A stretch of 64,000 bases of DNA from Pristiophorus japonicus (Eukaryota): assembly GCF_044704955.1 (NCBI RefSeq), contig NC_091981.1, positions 142,662,001 through 142,726,000 of the forward strand, in the 5' to 3' direction. The notes under the pieces were generated by a model, which had not been told where the DNA came from, did no database searches, and saw only the letters and a list, made by a program, of their open reading frames with translations. A program made the translations under genes and the position numbers. Of the stretch, positions 1 through 12,475 are shown piece after piece (the stretch's first letter is position 1; each line of letters starts with the position of its first letter).

Positions 1-786
1 AGAATTTTATACGTTTCAATGAGATCCCCTCTCATTCTTCTGAACTCGAGTGAATACAGGCCTAGTCGATCCAATCTCTCCACATCCGACAGTACTGCCA
101 TCCCAGGAATCAATCTGGTGAACCTTCGCTGCACTCCCTCTATGGCAAGTATATCCTTTCTTAGGTAAGGAGACCAAAACTTCACACAATACTCCAGGTG
201 CGGTCTCATCAAGGCCCTGTATAACTGTAGTAAGACATCCTTGCTCCTGTACTCAAATCTTCTTGCAATGAAGGCCAACATACCATTGGCCTTCCCATCT
301 GCTTGCTGCACCTGCATATTTGCTTTCAATGATTGGTGTACAAGGACACCCAGGTCCCTCTGTACATCGACACTTCCCAAGCCATCACCATTTAAATAAT
401 ACTTTTTCCTTATGTTTTTCATGCCAAAGTGGATAACTTCACAGTTATCCATGTTATACTGCATCTGCCATGTGTTTGCCCACTCACTCAACCTATATAA
501 ATCGCCTTGCAGCATCTTTGCATTATCCTCACAACCCCACCTAGTTTTGTGTCGCCAGCGAATTTGGAAATATTACATTTGGTTCCCTCATTCAAATCAT
601 TTATATATATTGTGAATAGCTGGGGCTCAAGCACTGATCCCTGTGGTTCCCCACTAGTCACTGCCCGCCACCCAGAAAAAGACCCGTTTATTACTACTCT
701 CTGTTTCCTGTCAGTTAACCAATTTTCAATCCATGCCAATACATTACCCCCAATCCTATGTGCTTTAATTTTGCACACTAACCTAA
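1..786 (-). mobile_element. CR1 LINE ORF2 (RT C-terminal part), degenerate; continues at 2248
   Basis: Minus-strand translation gives CR1 RT motifs ([41 protein letters not shown]). The sequence resumes in register after the 787-2247 insertion. Confidence 0.9.
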
Positions 787-2247
787 TGGACCCAAGTTTC
801 CACACGCGCCTAGAACGGCGCAGTCCCAACCTGGACGCCCCTTTCTCGCGCCACAAAGTGCGCCTAAAAAAATCCTCCGTATTCTCCACCTCCCTGCAGG
901 TCCTCTGGCCCTCGGCGCAGCGCAGCACGAGCTGTAGGGGGGCGGAGCCAGGTCCCTGTGCTGAAAACAGTGACGGCACCTCTGCACATGCGTGCTACAG
1001 TGGGCACGCAAGTGCAGTAGCTCCAGGCGCCGAACTGTGTGGGAGGGGCCCGAAGCACACAGCTCCTAGCCCTGGCCGAATGGCCTCACTGGGGCTGCGT
1101 GAATAAGGCTCCTCCCACGGCCAGCTCCTGCTTCCTCCGGACCAGACCCGACACCCGCTCCCCGCCCCCGGACCAGACCCGACACCCGCTCCCCCCTGCC
1201 TCCGGACCAGACCCGACACCCGCTCCCCCGCCCCACCCGACTGGACCCGACCCGACCCGCGCTCCTGTTCCCGCTCCCCGCCTGGACCCGACCCGACTCG
1301 CGCTCCTGTTCCCGCTCCCCGCCCCCCCGACTGGACCCGACCCGACCCGCGCTCCTGTTCCCGCTCCGCCCTCCGACTGGACCCGACCCGCGCTCCTGTT
1401 CCCGCTTCCCGCCCCCCCGACTGGACCCGACCCGCGCTCCTGTTCCCGCTCCCCGCCCCCCCGACTGGACCTGACCCGACCCGCGCTCCTGTTCCTGTGC
1501 TCCCGCCCCCCGACCCGACCCGACCCCCCCCCCCCCCACTAGACCCGACTCCCGCTCCCGGACTGGATCCGACCTGACCTCCCTCCCTCCCTCTCCCTCC
1601 CTCCCTCTCTCTCTCTCTCTCCCTCCCTCCCTCCCTCCCTCTCCCTCCCTCCCTCCCTCCCTCCCCGAACCGAACCTCCCCGACCCGACCCAACCCAATG
1701 CCACCTACCTGTAAATCTGGTGCTGGGGATGGGCCCTGCCCGAAGTCTCGGGCCGGCCCGTTCAGCCTTCGGTCCCGAAAGGCCTGCCTGAAGCACTTTC
1801 ACACAGGTAGGAAGATGGTTTATTTAATCTTTTCTTTGCTTATAAATGTTTATTCAGGTTGGATTTATTTGTATAAGTATAAATAAGGATTTATTATAGA
1901 ATTTAATGACTTCCCTTCCCCCCCCCCACCTCGTTCTGGACACCTAATTTGTAACCTGCGCCTGATTTTTTAATGTGTAGAACAGGTTTTTTCAGTTCTA
2001 CAAAAATTTTTACTTGCTCCATTCTACTTTAGTTTGGAGTACGTTTTCACTGTGGAAACTTTCAAATCAGGCGTCAGTGGCGGGACACGCCCCCTTTTGA
2101 AGAAAAAATTCTGTTCCAAAGTAGAACTGTTCTACCTGACTAGAACTGCAGAAAAAAAAATGTGGAGAATTGCGATTTCTAAAATAGTCCATTCTTCACC
2201 AGTTGCTCCTAAAAATCAGGCGCAAATCATGTGGAAACTTGGGCCCC
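787..2247. mobile_element. Non-autonomous PIF/Harbinger-like DNA transposon (MITE) inserted in CR1
   Basis: TIRs GGACCCAAGTTTCCAC (788-803) and GTGGAAACTTGGGCCC (2231-2246), 15/16 match. Flanks are TAA/TTA. It interrupts the CR1 ORF. Confidence 0.8.
1137..1700. repeat. C-rich minisatellite arrays plus (CCCT)n/(CT)n inside the MITE
   Basis: About 3 units of ccggaccagacccgacacccgctcccc, about 6 units of ccgactggacccgacccgacccgcgctcctgttcccgctcc, then a pyrimidine microsatellite at about 1578-1665. Confidence 0.9.
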
Positions 2248-3228
2248 TTATGTGGGACTTTATCAAAGGCCTTCTGAAAATCCAAATACACTATATCCAC
2301 TGGTTCTCCCTTATCTATTCTATCAGTTACATCCTCAAAAAACTCCAATAGGTTTTTCAAACATGATTTACCTTTCATAAATCCATGTTGACTTTGTTTA
2401 ATCCCGTTGATATTATCTAAGTGTGCTGCATTCACATCCTTTATAATAGACTCCAGCATTTTCCCTACTACTGATGTCAGGCTAACTGGTCTGTAGTTCC
2501 CGGTTTTCTCTCTCCCTCCTTTTTTAAAAAGCGGGGTTACATTTGCCATCCTCCAATCTGCAGGAACTGTTCCATGGTCTATAGAATTTTGGAAGATAAC
2601 AACCTATGCATCTACTATTTCCATGGCTACCTCTTTTAGTAATCTGGGATGCAGATCATCAGGCCCTGGGGATTTATCTGCCTTCAGTCCCATTAGTTTC
2701 TCCAGCACTATTTTCTTACTAATAATCATTTCCTTTAATTCCTCTTGCTCACTGGACCCTTGGTTCTCAAGCATTTCTGGGATGTTATTTGTGTTCTCTT
2801 CCATGAAGACAGAACTTAAGTAGTTATTTAATTGTTCTGCCATTTCCTTGTTCCCCATTACAAATTTTCCCATTTCTGTCTGTAAAGGACTTACATTTGT
2901 CTTCACTAATCTTTTTTCTTTTTACGTACTTGTAGAAACTTTTGCAGTGGGTTTTTATGTTCCTTGCAAGTTTACTCTCATACTCTATTTTTCCCCTCTT
3001 AATCAATCTCTTGGTCCTTTTTTGCTGAATTCTAAACTGCTTCTAATCCTCAGGCTTAACACTTTTTCTGGCAACTTTGTATAACTCCTCTTTGGATCTA
3101 ATACTATCCTCAATTTCTTTTGTTAGCCATGGTTGGGCCTCTATTCCTTTTGTGTTTTTACACCAGAAAGGAATGTATAACTGTTGCAATTCATGCATTC
3201 GTTCCTTAAATATTAGCCAGTGCCTATC
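2248..3228 (-). mobile_element. CR1 LINE ORF2 (tether/RT N-terminal part), frameshifted
   Basis: ORFs 2196-2549, 2604-2906 and 2824-3006 carry ANVTPLFKKGGREKTGNYRPVSLTS, YLDFQKAFDKVPH, KSPGPDDLHPRLLKE and KSFYKYVKRK. Confidence 0.9.
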
Positions 3229-3230
3229 CC

Positions 3231-3592
3231 TTAGGGCCTATTTCCCTTAGCAGAGGGGTCAACAATCAGGAGGCATATATTTAAAGTAATTGGCAGAAGG
3301 TTTAGTGAGAATTTGAGGGGAAATTTCCACGCAGAGGATGGTGGGGGTCTGGAACTCACTGCCTGAAAGGGTGGTAGAGGCAGAAACCCTCACATTTAAA
3401 AAGTACTTGGATGTGCACTTGAAGTGCCGAAACGTGCAGGCTTATGGACCTAGAGCTGGTAAGTAGGATTAGGCTGGATAGCCTCTTGTTGGTCAGCACA
3501 GACATGATGGGCCAAAGTGGCCTCCATCGATGCTGTAAACTTTGATGATTCTATGAAATGGCCTACTCCTGCTCCAATTTCTTATGTTCTTA
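3231..3592 (+). mobile_element. CR1 3' end fragments (two tails)
   Basis: Typical CR1 3' sequence (tggaactcactgcctgaaagggtggtagaggcagaaaccctc ... gatgattctatga) followed by aatggcctactcctgctcc...ttcttatgttctta. Confidence 0.75.
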
Positions 3593-4300
3593 CATAATTG
3601 GATTCAGGGTGTGCATTATGTAATGCAGTCTCCATTTTAAAGTCATACATACTGCCTTTATGTTTATAATATTTCAATTTTATATTAATAGTTAAATAGC
3701 AAAACTTACCATAGTTTGGGAAACTGAGATACACAAAATTGAGGCACAACATCACCATTGTTGGTGGGAGGGTGTGAATTATAGTGTGACATGTTTACAT
3801 GGGCAATATTCATCACAAATGTGGACATACAAAATGGTAATGGAAAAGATTCAAGGAAGGGTACAGTTCCAAGATTGTTAATAAATTACTAGTCAATCTT
3901 TGATGGCTCCCTTTCTTCATTTCACCCAATCAGCTCTGCTTCCCCATTACCCTCCCCACTTCCACCATGTCCCTACCCACTTCTTAGCACACCCTCACCA
4001 CTAGATCTTCCCCTTTGAATTAACCACATAATCCCTTTATCCTGCCTTCTCACCTTGAACCCTCATACTCCCATCCGCAACCCCACTCCCCAACCCAACG
4101 AGGACAAATGGTAAGAGGTCAGAAGCCATTTTACCCTCATAATCCCTTTATTCTCATTTGGTTTCCCTCCTCCCCTTCCTTCTTATCTGTTTACCTCAAA
4201 GTGGCTTTGTTTGCTTTCAAAATTCAACTCAAATTTTTGACAAAAATGAAACTAATTAGAATGAGCGAAATGGCTGGCTGTGTTTTTCTCTGTAGTCATT

Positions 4301-5789
4301 GGCCCAGAAATTGCGGTCTCCCCGGGTCTGTACGAAGTTTCTATGGACCCGGGAAGGCATCGGAAAAGCCAATTTGCAGCGTGCAATGCGCATGCGCTGA
4401 AAACCGGCTTTTCCGATCTGTCAAGTTTCTGGCTTGACAGCTCCTCCGTATCTCAGGAGCGAGGACATTTGCCAGGGCAAGATTGCGGGAATTACGCATA
4501 TCTTGCCCAGCAAATGTCCTCAAATCTCTTGAGCCTGATAAAAGCAGGCGCATAGCCTACTTTTACAGGCGTAATAGTTTAAAAACATACAAAAATATAA
4601 TTAAATTAAAAAAACACATTGGCCCTGAAATTCCGGCCTCCCCAGGTCCGTACGGAGTTCCTACAGACCCGGGAAGGCATCGGAAATGCCGGTTTCCAGC
4701 GCGCAATGCGCTTGCGCTGGAAACTGGCATTTCCGATTTATCAAGTTTCTGGCTTGACAGAGCGCACGCATCTCGGGAGCGAGGACATTTGTAAGTGGAA
4801 ATTTCCGATATTTACGTTTACAAAAGTCCTCAAAAATCTTATGCCTGAAAAAGTAGGCGCATAGCCTACTTGTACTGGTGCAAGTGTTTTAAAAAACACA
4901 AAAACATATAAAAATAAAGTTATTAAAACATATTTTATCATTAAAAACCCTCCCCACAATGTTAAGTTTATTTTAAAAAACTTTTTTAAAAATCGGGAAA
5001 TTATTTTTTTTAAAAGACATTAATAACTTTAATTTAAATGAATGTCGTGTAATTATTTTCTATTTTTTATTAGTGTTCTGGGTGTTTGGGGCTGTGTTTT
5101 GGGTGTTTTGGGCTCTATCACAATCATAGTAATAGGAGTTTAGGACCCTGCGGAATTCCTATTACTATGATAGCTTATCTGATTGGCTGCCCAGAGCCAT
5201 GTGACTCCAGCTCGAGGCCTGCACAAGTGTCGACGTGCACGCGCTGCGAATCGCAGTTGAAGGAGGCCTCAGCATCGGAAAGTCAAACGTGGGCAGCAGC
5301 TTAAGGTAGGTGCGTGTTTTTTCTCTAAAAAGCCCGCAGGAAGGCCAAAACGAAATTTCAGGGACAACATTTTTAAAAACCCTGCCCACTACGTTACATT
5401 TATTTTTAACCATAATTAAAACTTTTTATTTTAAATTGGCAAATTTTTTTCTTTAAAAAACACTGCTATCAACTTTAAATTTTATAGTGTATTTATGTGA
5501 GTTTTTAAAAAATGTTTTATGTCGTGTTTGGGTGTGTTTCTCATTTATAGTAATCGGAGTTGCGGATTTACGAAACTCCTATTATTATGAATGAGAAAAT
5601 ACTTTATCTTGATTGGGTGTCCAGGCCCACGTGGCTCCTGCGAATGTCCCAATGTGAACGCGCTCTGTTGCACAAGAAGAGGATGGCCTCGAGTCCGGGA
5701 TCTCTGGCGGGCATTCGACCAAAAGTTAAGTGCGCATCTTTTCTCTTACTTTCAGTCGAACGCCCACGGGAAGAAGGGAATTTTGGGCC
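4301..5789. mobile_element. Harbinger-like MITE with a duplicated (or nested) 5' arm
   Basis: Left TIRs GGCCCAGAAATTGC (4301) and GGCCCTGAAATTCC (4621); right end GGAATTTTGGGCC (to 5789). ATT flanks each terminus. Segments 4301-4620 and 4621-4920 are diverged copies. Confidence 0.75.
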
Positions 5790-5859
5790 ATTCTCTCTTT
5801 GCTCTCATAGATGTGAGAAATTATTTACGCTGGCTATGTATATCTTGTTCCCTGTTTGA

Positions 5860-6623
5860 CCCCACCTCGGGAGCCTCTTATCAACAAGAGCAGACATTGA
5901 CAACGAGATTCAACACTGCCTCCAGTGCGCCAGTGCAGCCTTCGGCCGCCTGAGGAAAAGAGTGTTTGAAGACCAGGCCCTCAAAACTGTCACAAAGCTC
6001 ATGGTCTACAGGGCCATAGTAATACCCGCCCTCCTGTATGGCTCAGAGACGTGGACCATGTACAGTAGACACCTCAAGTCACTGGAGATTTATCACCAAC
6101 GATATCTCTGCAAGATGCTGCAAATACCCTGGGAGGACAGACGCACCAACATTAGCGTCCTCAACCAGCCCAACATCCCCAGCATTGAAGCACTGACCAC
6201 ACTTGATCAGCTCCGCTGGGCAGGGCACATCGTTCGCATGCCAGACACGAGACTCCCAAAACAAGCGTTCTACTCAGAACTCCTTCATGGCAAATGAGCC
6301 AAAGGTGGGCAGAAGAAACATTACAAGGACACCCTCAAAGCCTCCCTGATAAAGTGCAACATCCCCACTGACACCTGGGAGTCCCTGGCCAAAGACCGCC
6401 CTAAGCAGCCGGGAGGCAGCTGAGCACCTTGAGTCTAATTGCCGAGAGCATGCAGAAATCAAGTGCAGGCAGCGGAAAGAGCGGCGGCAAACCAGTCCCA
6501 CCCTCAACAACTACCTGTTACAGGGACTGTGGTCGTATTGGACTGTTCAGTCACCTAAGGACTCATTTTTAGAGTGGAAGCAAGTCTTCCTCGATTCCGA
6601 GGGACTGCCTATGATGATGATGA
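5860..6623 (+). mobile_element. RTE-clade LINE, 5'-truncated 3' end
   Basis: TKLMVYRAIVIPALLYGSETWT and LRWAGHIVRMPDTRLPKQ; 3' end gagggactgcct followed by an (ATG)n tail. Confidence 0.88.
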
Positions 6624-6767
6624 TATCTCATTCCAGCTGCTGTTTTTTTTCAAACCGATAGTTTAATACAGTTTTTGGCAGATACATAATAATACACACG
6701 TGTACAAAGAAAATGTCGTACACTTTTCCAAGTTTGTTTGTTTTTTAAACAAAATTTGTATCACAAG

Positions 6768-9700
6768 TGTTACGTTTAGAATAACTCCACAGGGCTGTAC
6801 ATCTTAAGCTCAAACTTGATCGCCTGAGTTTTAGCCCTGGCATGGTCAGTCGGTCGGATCATTGCTGCACTGTGGTGTGGCTGGTCTGATTGGACTGTCG
6901 GGCATGGTGGGTTCATCCTCGTAGTTGACCGCGAGGTCGATTGCTAGTTGGGTGTGTGTGTGTGGATCAATGATGGTAATGTCCTCTTCAAACTGTTCTT
7001 GGTTGTCAGTGAACCACAGTTTGGTCTGATCCAAGTGTTTTCTGCACGTTTGTCCATTCAAAAGTTTGACAACAAACACTCTATTCCCCTCCTTGGCTAA
7101 CAGTGCCAGCAACCTATTTGGAACCGGGACCATGACCATAATTAAGAACAAACACAGGGTCATTGACCTCAATGTCACGTGATACAGCCGCCCAATCGTG
7201 GTACATGTTATGCCGGTGACGCCGTGTTAATACATGATCATTGAGATCCAGGTGGACTAAGGAGAGCCTGGTTTTGAGTGCTCTCTTCATTAGCAATTCT
7301 GCAGGGGGAACCACGGTAAGCGAGTGGGGTCGTGTGCGGTAAGGTGAGCAGAATCCGAGATAACCGGGTCTGCAGGGAACCATCCGTCATGCATTTCAAG
7401 TTCTGCATGATGGTTTGGACTGCCCGTTCTGGGCTTAAACGGCACAGACCTGACATGCTTGATGCCATTGCGGGTCATGAACTCCTTGAATTACGAGCTG
7501 GTGAAGCATGGTCCATTGTCACTAACAAGGACGTCGGGCAAACCATGGGTGGCGAACATGGCCCAGAGGCTTTCAATGGTGGCAGTGGACGTACATGACA
7601 ACATTATTGACAATTCGATCCATTTAGAGTAAGCGTCCACTGCTACAAGGAACATCTTTCCTAGAAAGGGGCCAGCAAAATCTACGTGGACTCTTGACCA
7701 CGGTTTGGAGGGCCATGACCACTGACTCAGTGGGGTCTCCCTTGGTGTGTTGCTCAACTGTGAGCAAGTGTTACATTGGTGTATGCATGACTCCAATTCC
7801 AAGTCAATGCCGGGCCGCCAAATGTGCAACCTGGTGATAGCCTACATCATGACTATGCCAGGGTGGTTACTGTGAACGTTGCGTATAAATGTTTCCCTGC
7901 CTTTTTTTGGCAAAATTACACGATTCCCCCATAGGAGACATTCCGAATGGATGGACATTTCGTCCTTGCATCAGTGGAATGGCTTAATTTCGTCCTGCAT
8001 TTCCCTTGGGACCGCCGACCAGCTCCCATTGAGGGCGCAGCTTTTTACTAGTGATAGCACCGGGTCCTGGCTAGTCCAGGTCCTGATCTGGCGAGCTGTG
8101 ACGGGTGACCCCTCGCTCTCAAAAGCATCCATTACATGGAGCAAGTCTGCAGGTTGCGTACTTTCCACTCTGGTGTGGGCAATGGTAGCCGACTGAGGGC
8201 ATCCGCACAATTCTCAGTGCCTGATCTGTGGCGGATTACATAATCATACACAGATAACGTTAGTGCCCATCTTTGGATGCGGGACGAAGCATTGATGTTA
8301 ATACCTTTGCTTTCTGAGAACAAAGAAATGAGCGGCTTGTGGTCAGTTTCGTGCTCGAACCGGAGCCCAAATACGTATTACTGCATTTTCTTAACCCCGT
8401 ATACGCATGCTAATGCTTCTTTCTCAACCATACTGTAGGCTCTTTCTGCCATAGATAAGCTTCTGGACACATATGCAACCGGTTGCAGTTTGTCTGACCA
8501 ATTGGCTTGCTGTAACACACAACCGACCCCGTACGAAGATGCATCACAAGCTAGTACTAAACGTTTACATGGGAATAACTTGTTAGAACATAACAGGTTT
8601 CTGGCCTTGTTAAAGGCTGTCTCTTGAGATTTAGCCCAAACCAAGTCGTCACCCTTGCGTAGCAATAAATGCAATGGTTCCAGCAAAGTGCTCAACCCCA
8701 GTAGAAAGTTACCAAAATAGTTGAGAAGTCCCAGGAACGAACGCAGCTCCGTCACATTCTGTGGTCTGGGTGCATTCTTGATGGCCTCCGTCTTGGAGTC
8801 CGTGGGTCTGATGCCGTCCGCCGCAATCTTTCTCCCCAGAAATACGACCTCTGGCGCCAGGAAAACACACTTGGAGTGTTTCAGCCTGAGTCCCACTCTG
8901 TCCAATTGCTTGAGAACCTCTTCCAGGTTGTGCAAGTGTTCGGTGGTGTTGCGGCCAGTGATCAAATGTCGTCTTAGAACACTACGGTGCGTGGAACCGA
9001 TTTCAGCAGACTCTCTATGTTCCTCTGGAAGATGGCTGCCGCCGAGCGAATCCCAAAGGGGCATCTGTGGTATATGAACAGTCCTCTGCGTGTGTTGATG
9101 CATGTCAGTTTTTTTGAAGGTTCAGCCAGCTCCTGTGTCATGTAAGCAGAGGTTAGATCCAGCTTGGCGAACGACTTCCACCCTGCTAGTGTTGCAAACA
9201 GGTCATCTGCTTTGGGTAGTGGGTACTGGTCCCGTAAAGAGAATCGGTTGATCATTACCTTGTAGTCCCTACCGATTCTGACCATCCCGTCGCTCTTCAA
9301 CACCGGCACAATTGGACTGGCCCACTCGTTGAACTCGACTGGCAATATGATCCCCTCTCATTGAAGTCTGTCCAGCTCGATCTCGACTTTCTCTCGCATC
9401 ATGTATGGAAACGCTCGGGCCTTGTGATGAACGAGTTGTGCATCAGGGACTAGATGGATCTGCACTTTGGCGCCTGTGAAGTTGCCGATGCCTGGCTCAA
9501 ATAATGACGGAAATTTATTTAGCACTTGGGCGCATGAGGCGTCATCCTCCGAAGACAGTGCTTTGATGTCGTCCCAGTTCCATCGGATCTTTCCTAGCCA
9601 GCTTCTGCTGAACAGCGTTGGGCCATCGCCTGGTACAATCCATAGTGGTAAATCATGCACATCTCCATCATACGATACCTTCACTGCCACACTGCCAATG

Positions 9701-11014
9701 ACTGGCATGAGCTCTTTGGTGTAAGTGCGCAGCTTGGGGTGGATCGGGCTTAGTTTTGGCCTTTGTGCCTTGTTGCCCCAGTTTCTCAAAAGCCTTCTGG
9801 CTCATAATTGACTGACTCGCCCAGTGTCCAATTCCATGGAAACTGGAATGCCATTCAATTTGAATTTTAACATAATCGGAGGGCTTTTGATGGTGAAGGT
9901 ATGTACCCCATACATTTCCTCTTCAGCCTCGGGTTGAGTTGCCTCTCTTACTTGTTCAGTGTGATCCGCACCGGATCGGTCATCTTCTGCTGACTCTGCC
10001 ACGTGGTGAGTCGCAGCAAGTCTGCACATTCGTTGGAAGTGCCCCATTGTTCCACAGCCCTTGCACATTTAGTGCTTGAATCGACATTGATGGACACGAT
10101 GATTACCCCCACAGCGCCAACATGGTGCTAAAGGATTTGCATTCACACCCCACGGCGGGCTCTGAGTCATCCGAGGTCTGGCCTCTGCGGGTGTGTAGGC
10201 CCTGCCATGTACAGTTCTGCCTGCTGAAGGCATTATTTTATGCACAGTACTTGCCGGTGAGTTCCGATGCTGCAATGATATCTGTTTAGTGTTATCGTTC
10301 GTGGACATAAAAGCCTGGGCTATCGTGATGGTCTTGCTCAGATTTAGGGATTCGGCAGACAGCAGTTTGCGAAGAATGACCTCGAGGCCGATTCCAAGCA
10401 CGAAAAAGTCCCGCAACACTTCCCCCCAAAATCCAGCAAATACGCACGGTCCCACAAAGCGTCTTAGGTCGGCGACATAGCTCCTCACTTCCTGGCCCTC
10501 GGAGCGATGGTGCATATAAAAGCAATACCTGGCCATCAAGATGCCCTCCTTCGGCTTGAGGTGTTCCCGAACCAGCTTGCACAGCTCTTCATATGTCTTC
10601 TCCGTTGGTTTCGTCGGTGCTAGCAGGTTTTTGATGAGGCCAAATATCGTGGACCCCCAAACGGTGAGGAGAATCGCCCTCCGTTGGCCACGAAGTACTG
10701 GTCAAGATGCTCAACGTAGGCTTCCCAATCATCACCCTCAACACATCTCTCAAGAATACCAACGGCAGCCATAATTGCGTGAAAGTTCGTGATCTGTTAC
10801 TCGTCGCCAATTGTTACGTTTAGAAGGACTGTACATCTTAAGCTCAAATTGTTGTGACCTTGGTCTCTTTATTGTAACTCCAGAGTGAGGGGGCAGCATG
10901 GTAGGCTGCCTTTTATACCTGCTTGCCCAGGGTGTGCTGGTGACCCTTGGGTCTCCCACAGGTGCGACCTCTGGTGGCAAATCTTACACACTGGTAGTGT
11001 TTACATACATAACA
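6768..11014 (-). mobile_element. Gypsy LTR retrotransposon (K02A2.6/Mag-like), degenerate; 5' LTR 10812-11014, 3' LTR truncated (6768-about 6816)
   Basis: Order gag (two zinc knuckles, CWRCGGNH...CKGCGTMGH), PR (MELDTG), RT (YPLPKADDLFATL, KLDLTSAY), RNaseH (LACDASSYGVG), INT (WSRVHVDFAGPF, VSDNGPCF). PBS TGGCGACGAG lies next to the LTR, which runs TG...CA. Confidence 0.92.
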
Positions 11015-11474
11015 AGAGCCAACATTAGCAGTTGGCTTATTACTATTTATGTTTTTCTTTAATTGCGGTGGGGAGTTAGCGCCGTTTTTATCAAGCAAAT
11101 AGTTTTGAAAATTTTGGCGAAACTTTTGCCACATTACTGAATCGTAGCCACGTTCCCGTGACATGAGGCACCGACGCATTACATGTTTGTAAGAAAGGCC
11201 TTTTTAAAAATATTGATCTCGCAAACACAAAACGACACTTTTTTTTTAAGTTAGAGTGTTGGACATAAATAACTGGCTGCGAGGTAACCAGTGGCCTGCG
11301 GTGCGGCTGGTGGGTGAGCGAGCACCGGCTGTGTCTGTGGGCAGGGACACGGGGCGTCGGGGCCGGTTAGTCGGGGTGGGGTCGGGACCGAGTGTCCCTC
11401 GGGGCCGGTTACTGGCTCTCACTCTCAATCTGACAGACACACACACAGCCTGTCCCTGTACAGACCCCTCTCAC

Positions 11475-11489
11475 CTCTGCCGCCGCCAT
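11475..11489 (-). CDS. First coding exon (MAAAE, phase-0 donor) of a gene transcribed divergently from SOSTDC1; probably LRRC72 by synteny
   Basis: Minus strand reads aagATGGCGGCGGCAGAG|GTGAGA within a CpG-rich island directly below an RFX/CRE promoter. LRRC72 lies head-to-head with SOSTDC1 in human. No further exon was identified in the window. Confidence 0.5.
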
Positions 11490-11610
11490 CTTCTGTTTAA
11501 AAGTTGTTGCCCGGCAACGTGACGTCACGCCCGGGCCAGGGTTCCAAGTCTCGAGCCGCAGTCACTGAGAGCCAATCAGCGGCTGCCGCGGAGTGAGGCA
11601 GCGGAGGGGC
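11490..11610 (-). promoter_or_regulatory. CpG-island promoter with RFX X-box, CRE and CCAAT
   Basis: GTTGCCCGGCAAC at 11506-11518, CGTGACGTCACG at 11518-11529, CCAAT at 11572-11576. A YY1-type CGCCATCTT overlaps the ATG. Confidence 0.75.
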
Positions 11611-12329
11611 TGCAGTGCATCATCACCACAGGCAATAGCATTCTGATTCAATTTGTTCAGTTTCCTTTTAATTTTGGTTAAGTTACAGTTTTCATTGGTT
11701 GAGCCACTTTAAGAAGGGGCACTTGTTGAACTCGAGTGCAATAAGAAGACTGAACAGCAAGAGTGGGTCGACGGCAAACACACTTTGTGGATACTTGGTG
11801 ATTCGGTTAATAAACGTTCTTCAGTCAGCTGCATCTTTTGCAACTGTCAGTCTATTCCAGACATTCCGCACCAGCCTTACCATTTCTTACAATGTCCAAA
11901 ATGCTTCATTTTTGTTCACGCTACATAAGATTCTGGACCCTACATATGTGTTGTTACCTTACCAGCTAAACATTTCTGCCACCTTGTATGTACCGAATTT
12001 AAATTGCAGTATCATCCCGAGTTACAATATCAATTCCACTCGGGTTTTCTACCAACCGTAACATTTTTGACAATTTACTAAAAAAAAACTAACATTTATT
12101 TCAACGCCTGTATAACACTTGCCAGGCCCGGCATCTATTCTACCAGCTGGTTCCGTGTCAAGTTACCGCCCCAGGTGCTTCATCATTTGCCATAATATAT
12201 TTTGCAGTCTTCGGGGCCCAATCATGTGTCAGAGCGCCAATGTTCTGTCTCTATAATGCAATCGTGTTCTGTTCTTGGCCGTAATTATTCAGACGCACAA
12301 CTGTGGATGGAAAGTAACTGTATCATCAG

Positions 12330-12475
12330 TAATAAAACAGAACATGCTGTAAATACTCAACAGATCTGGCAGCATCTGTGGAAATAGAAACAAAGTTAAC
12401 GTCACTAATAACTGACTTTTCGTCAGTTCTATTTTTATTTCAAATTTCCAGCATCCACAGCATTTTGCTTTTTGC
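12330..12475 (-). mobile_element. Penelope-like terminal repeat remnant (short, inverted arrangement)
   Basis: Matches the PLE terminus at 48430-48525 (cagcatctgtgga...gttaacg...tcgtcagttc), followed by the opposite-strand tail ttccagcatcc...ttttgctttt. Confidence 0.6.

Noticed and set aside
1137-1500. Possible CRISPR-like array
   Set aside because: Units are contiguous with no unique spacers, there are no cas genes, and the context is eukaryotic.
995-1704. Long Gly/Arg/Pro-rich ORFs (232, 167 and 212 aa)
   Set aside because: They arise from stop-free GC tandem repeats inside a MITE; no protein domain is recognisable.
3700-3740. Possible minus-strand micro-exon (…tctcAG tttcccaaactatg GTAAGT) of the 11.5-kb gene
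   Set aside because: About 14 nt, not frame-preserving and without similarity to the expected LRR protein; unsupported without RNA data.
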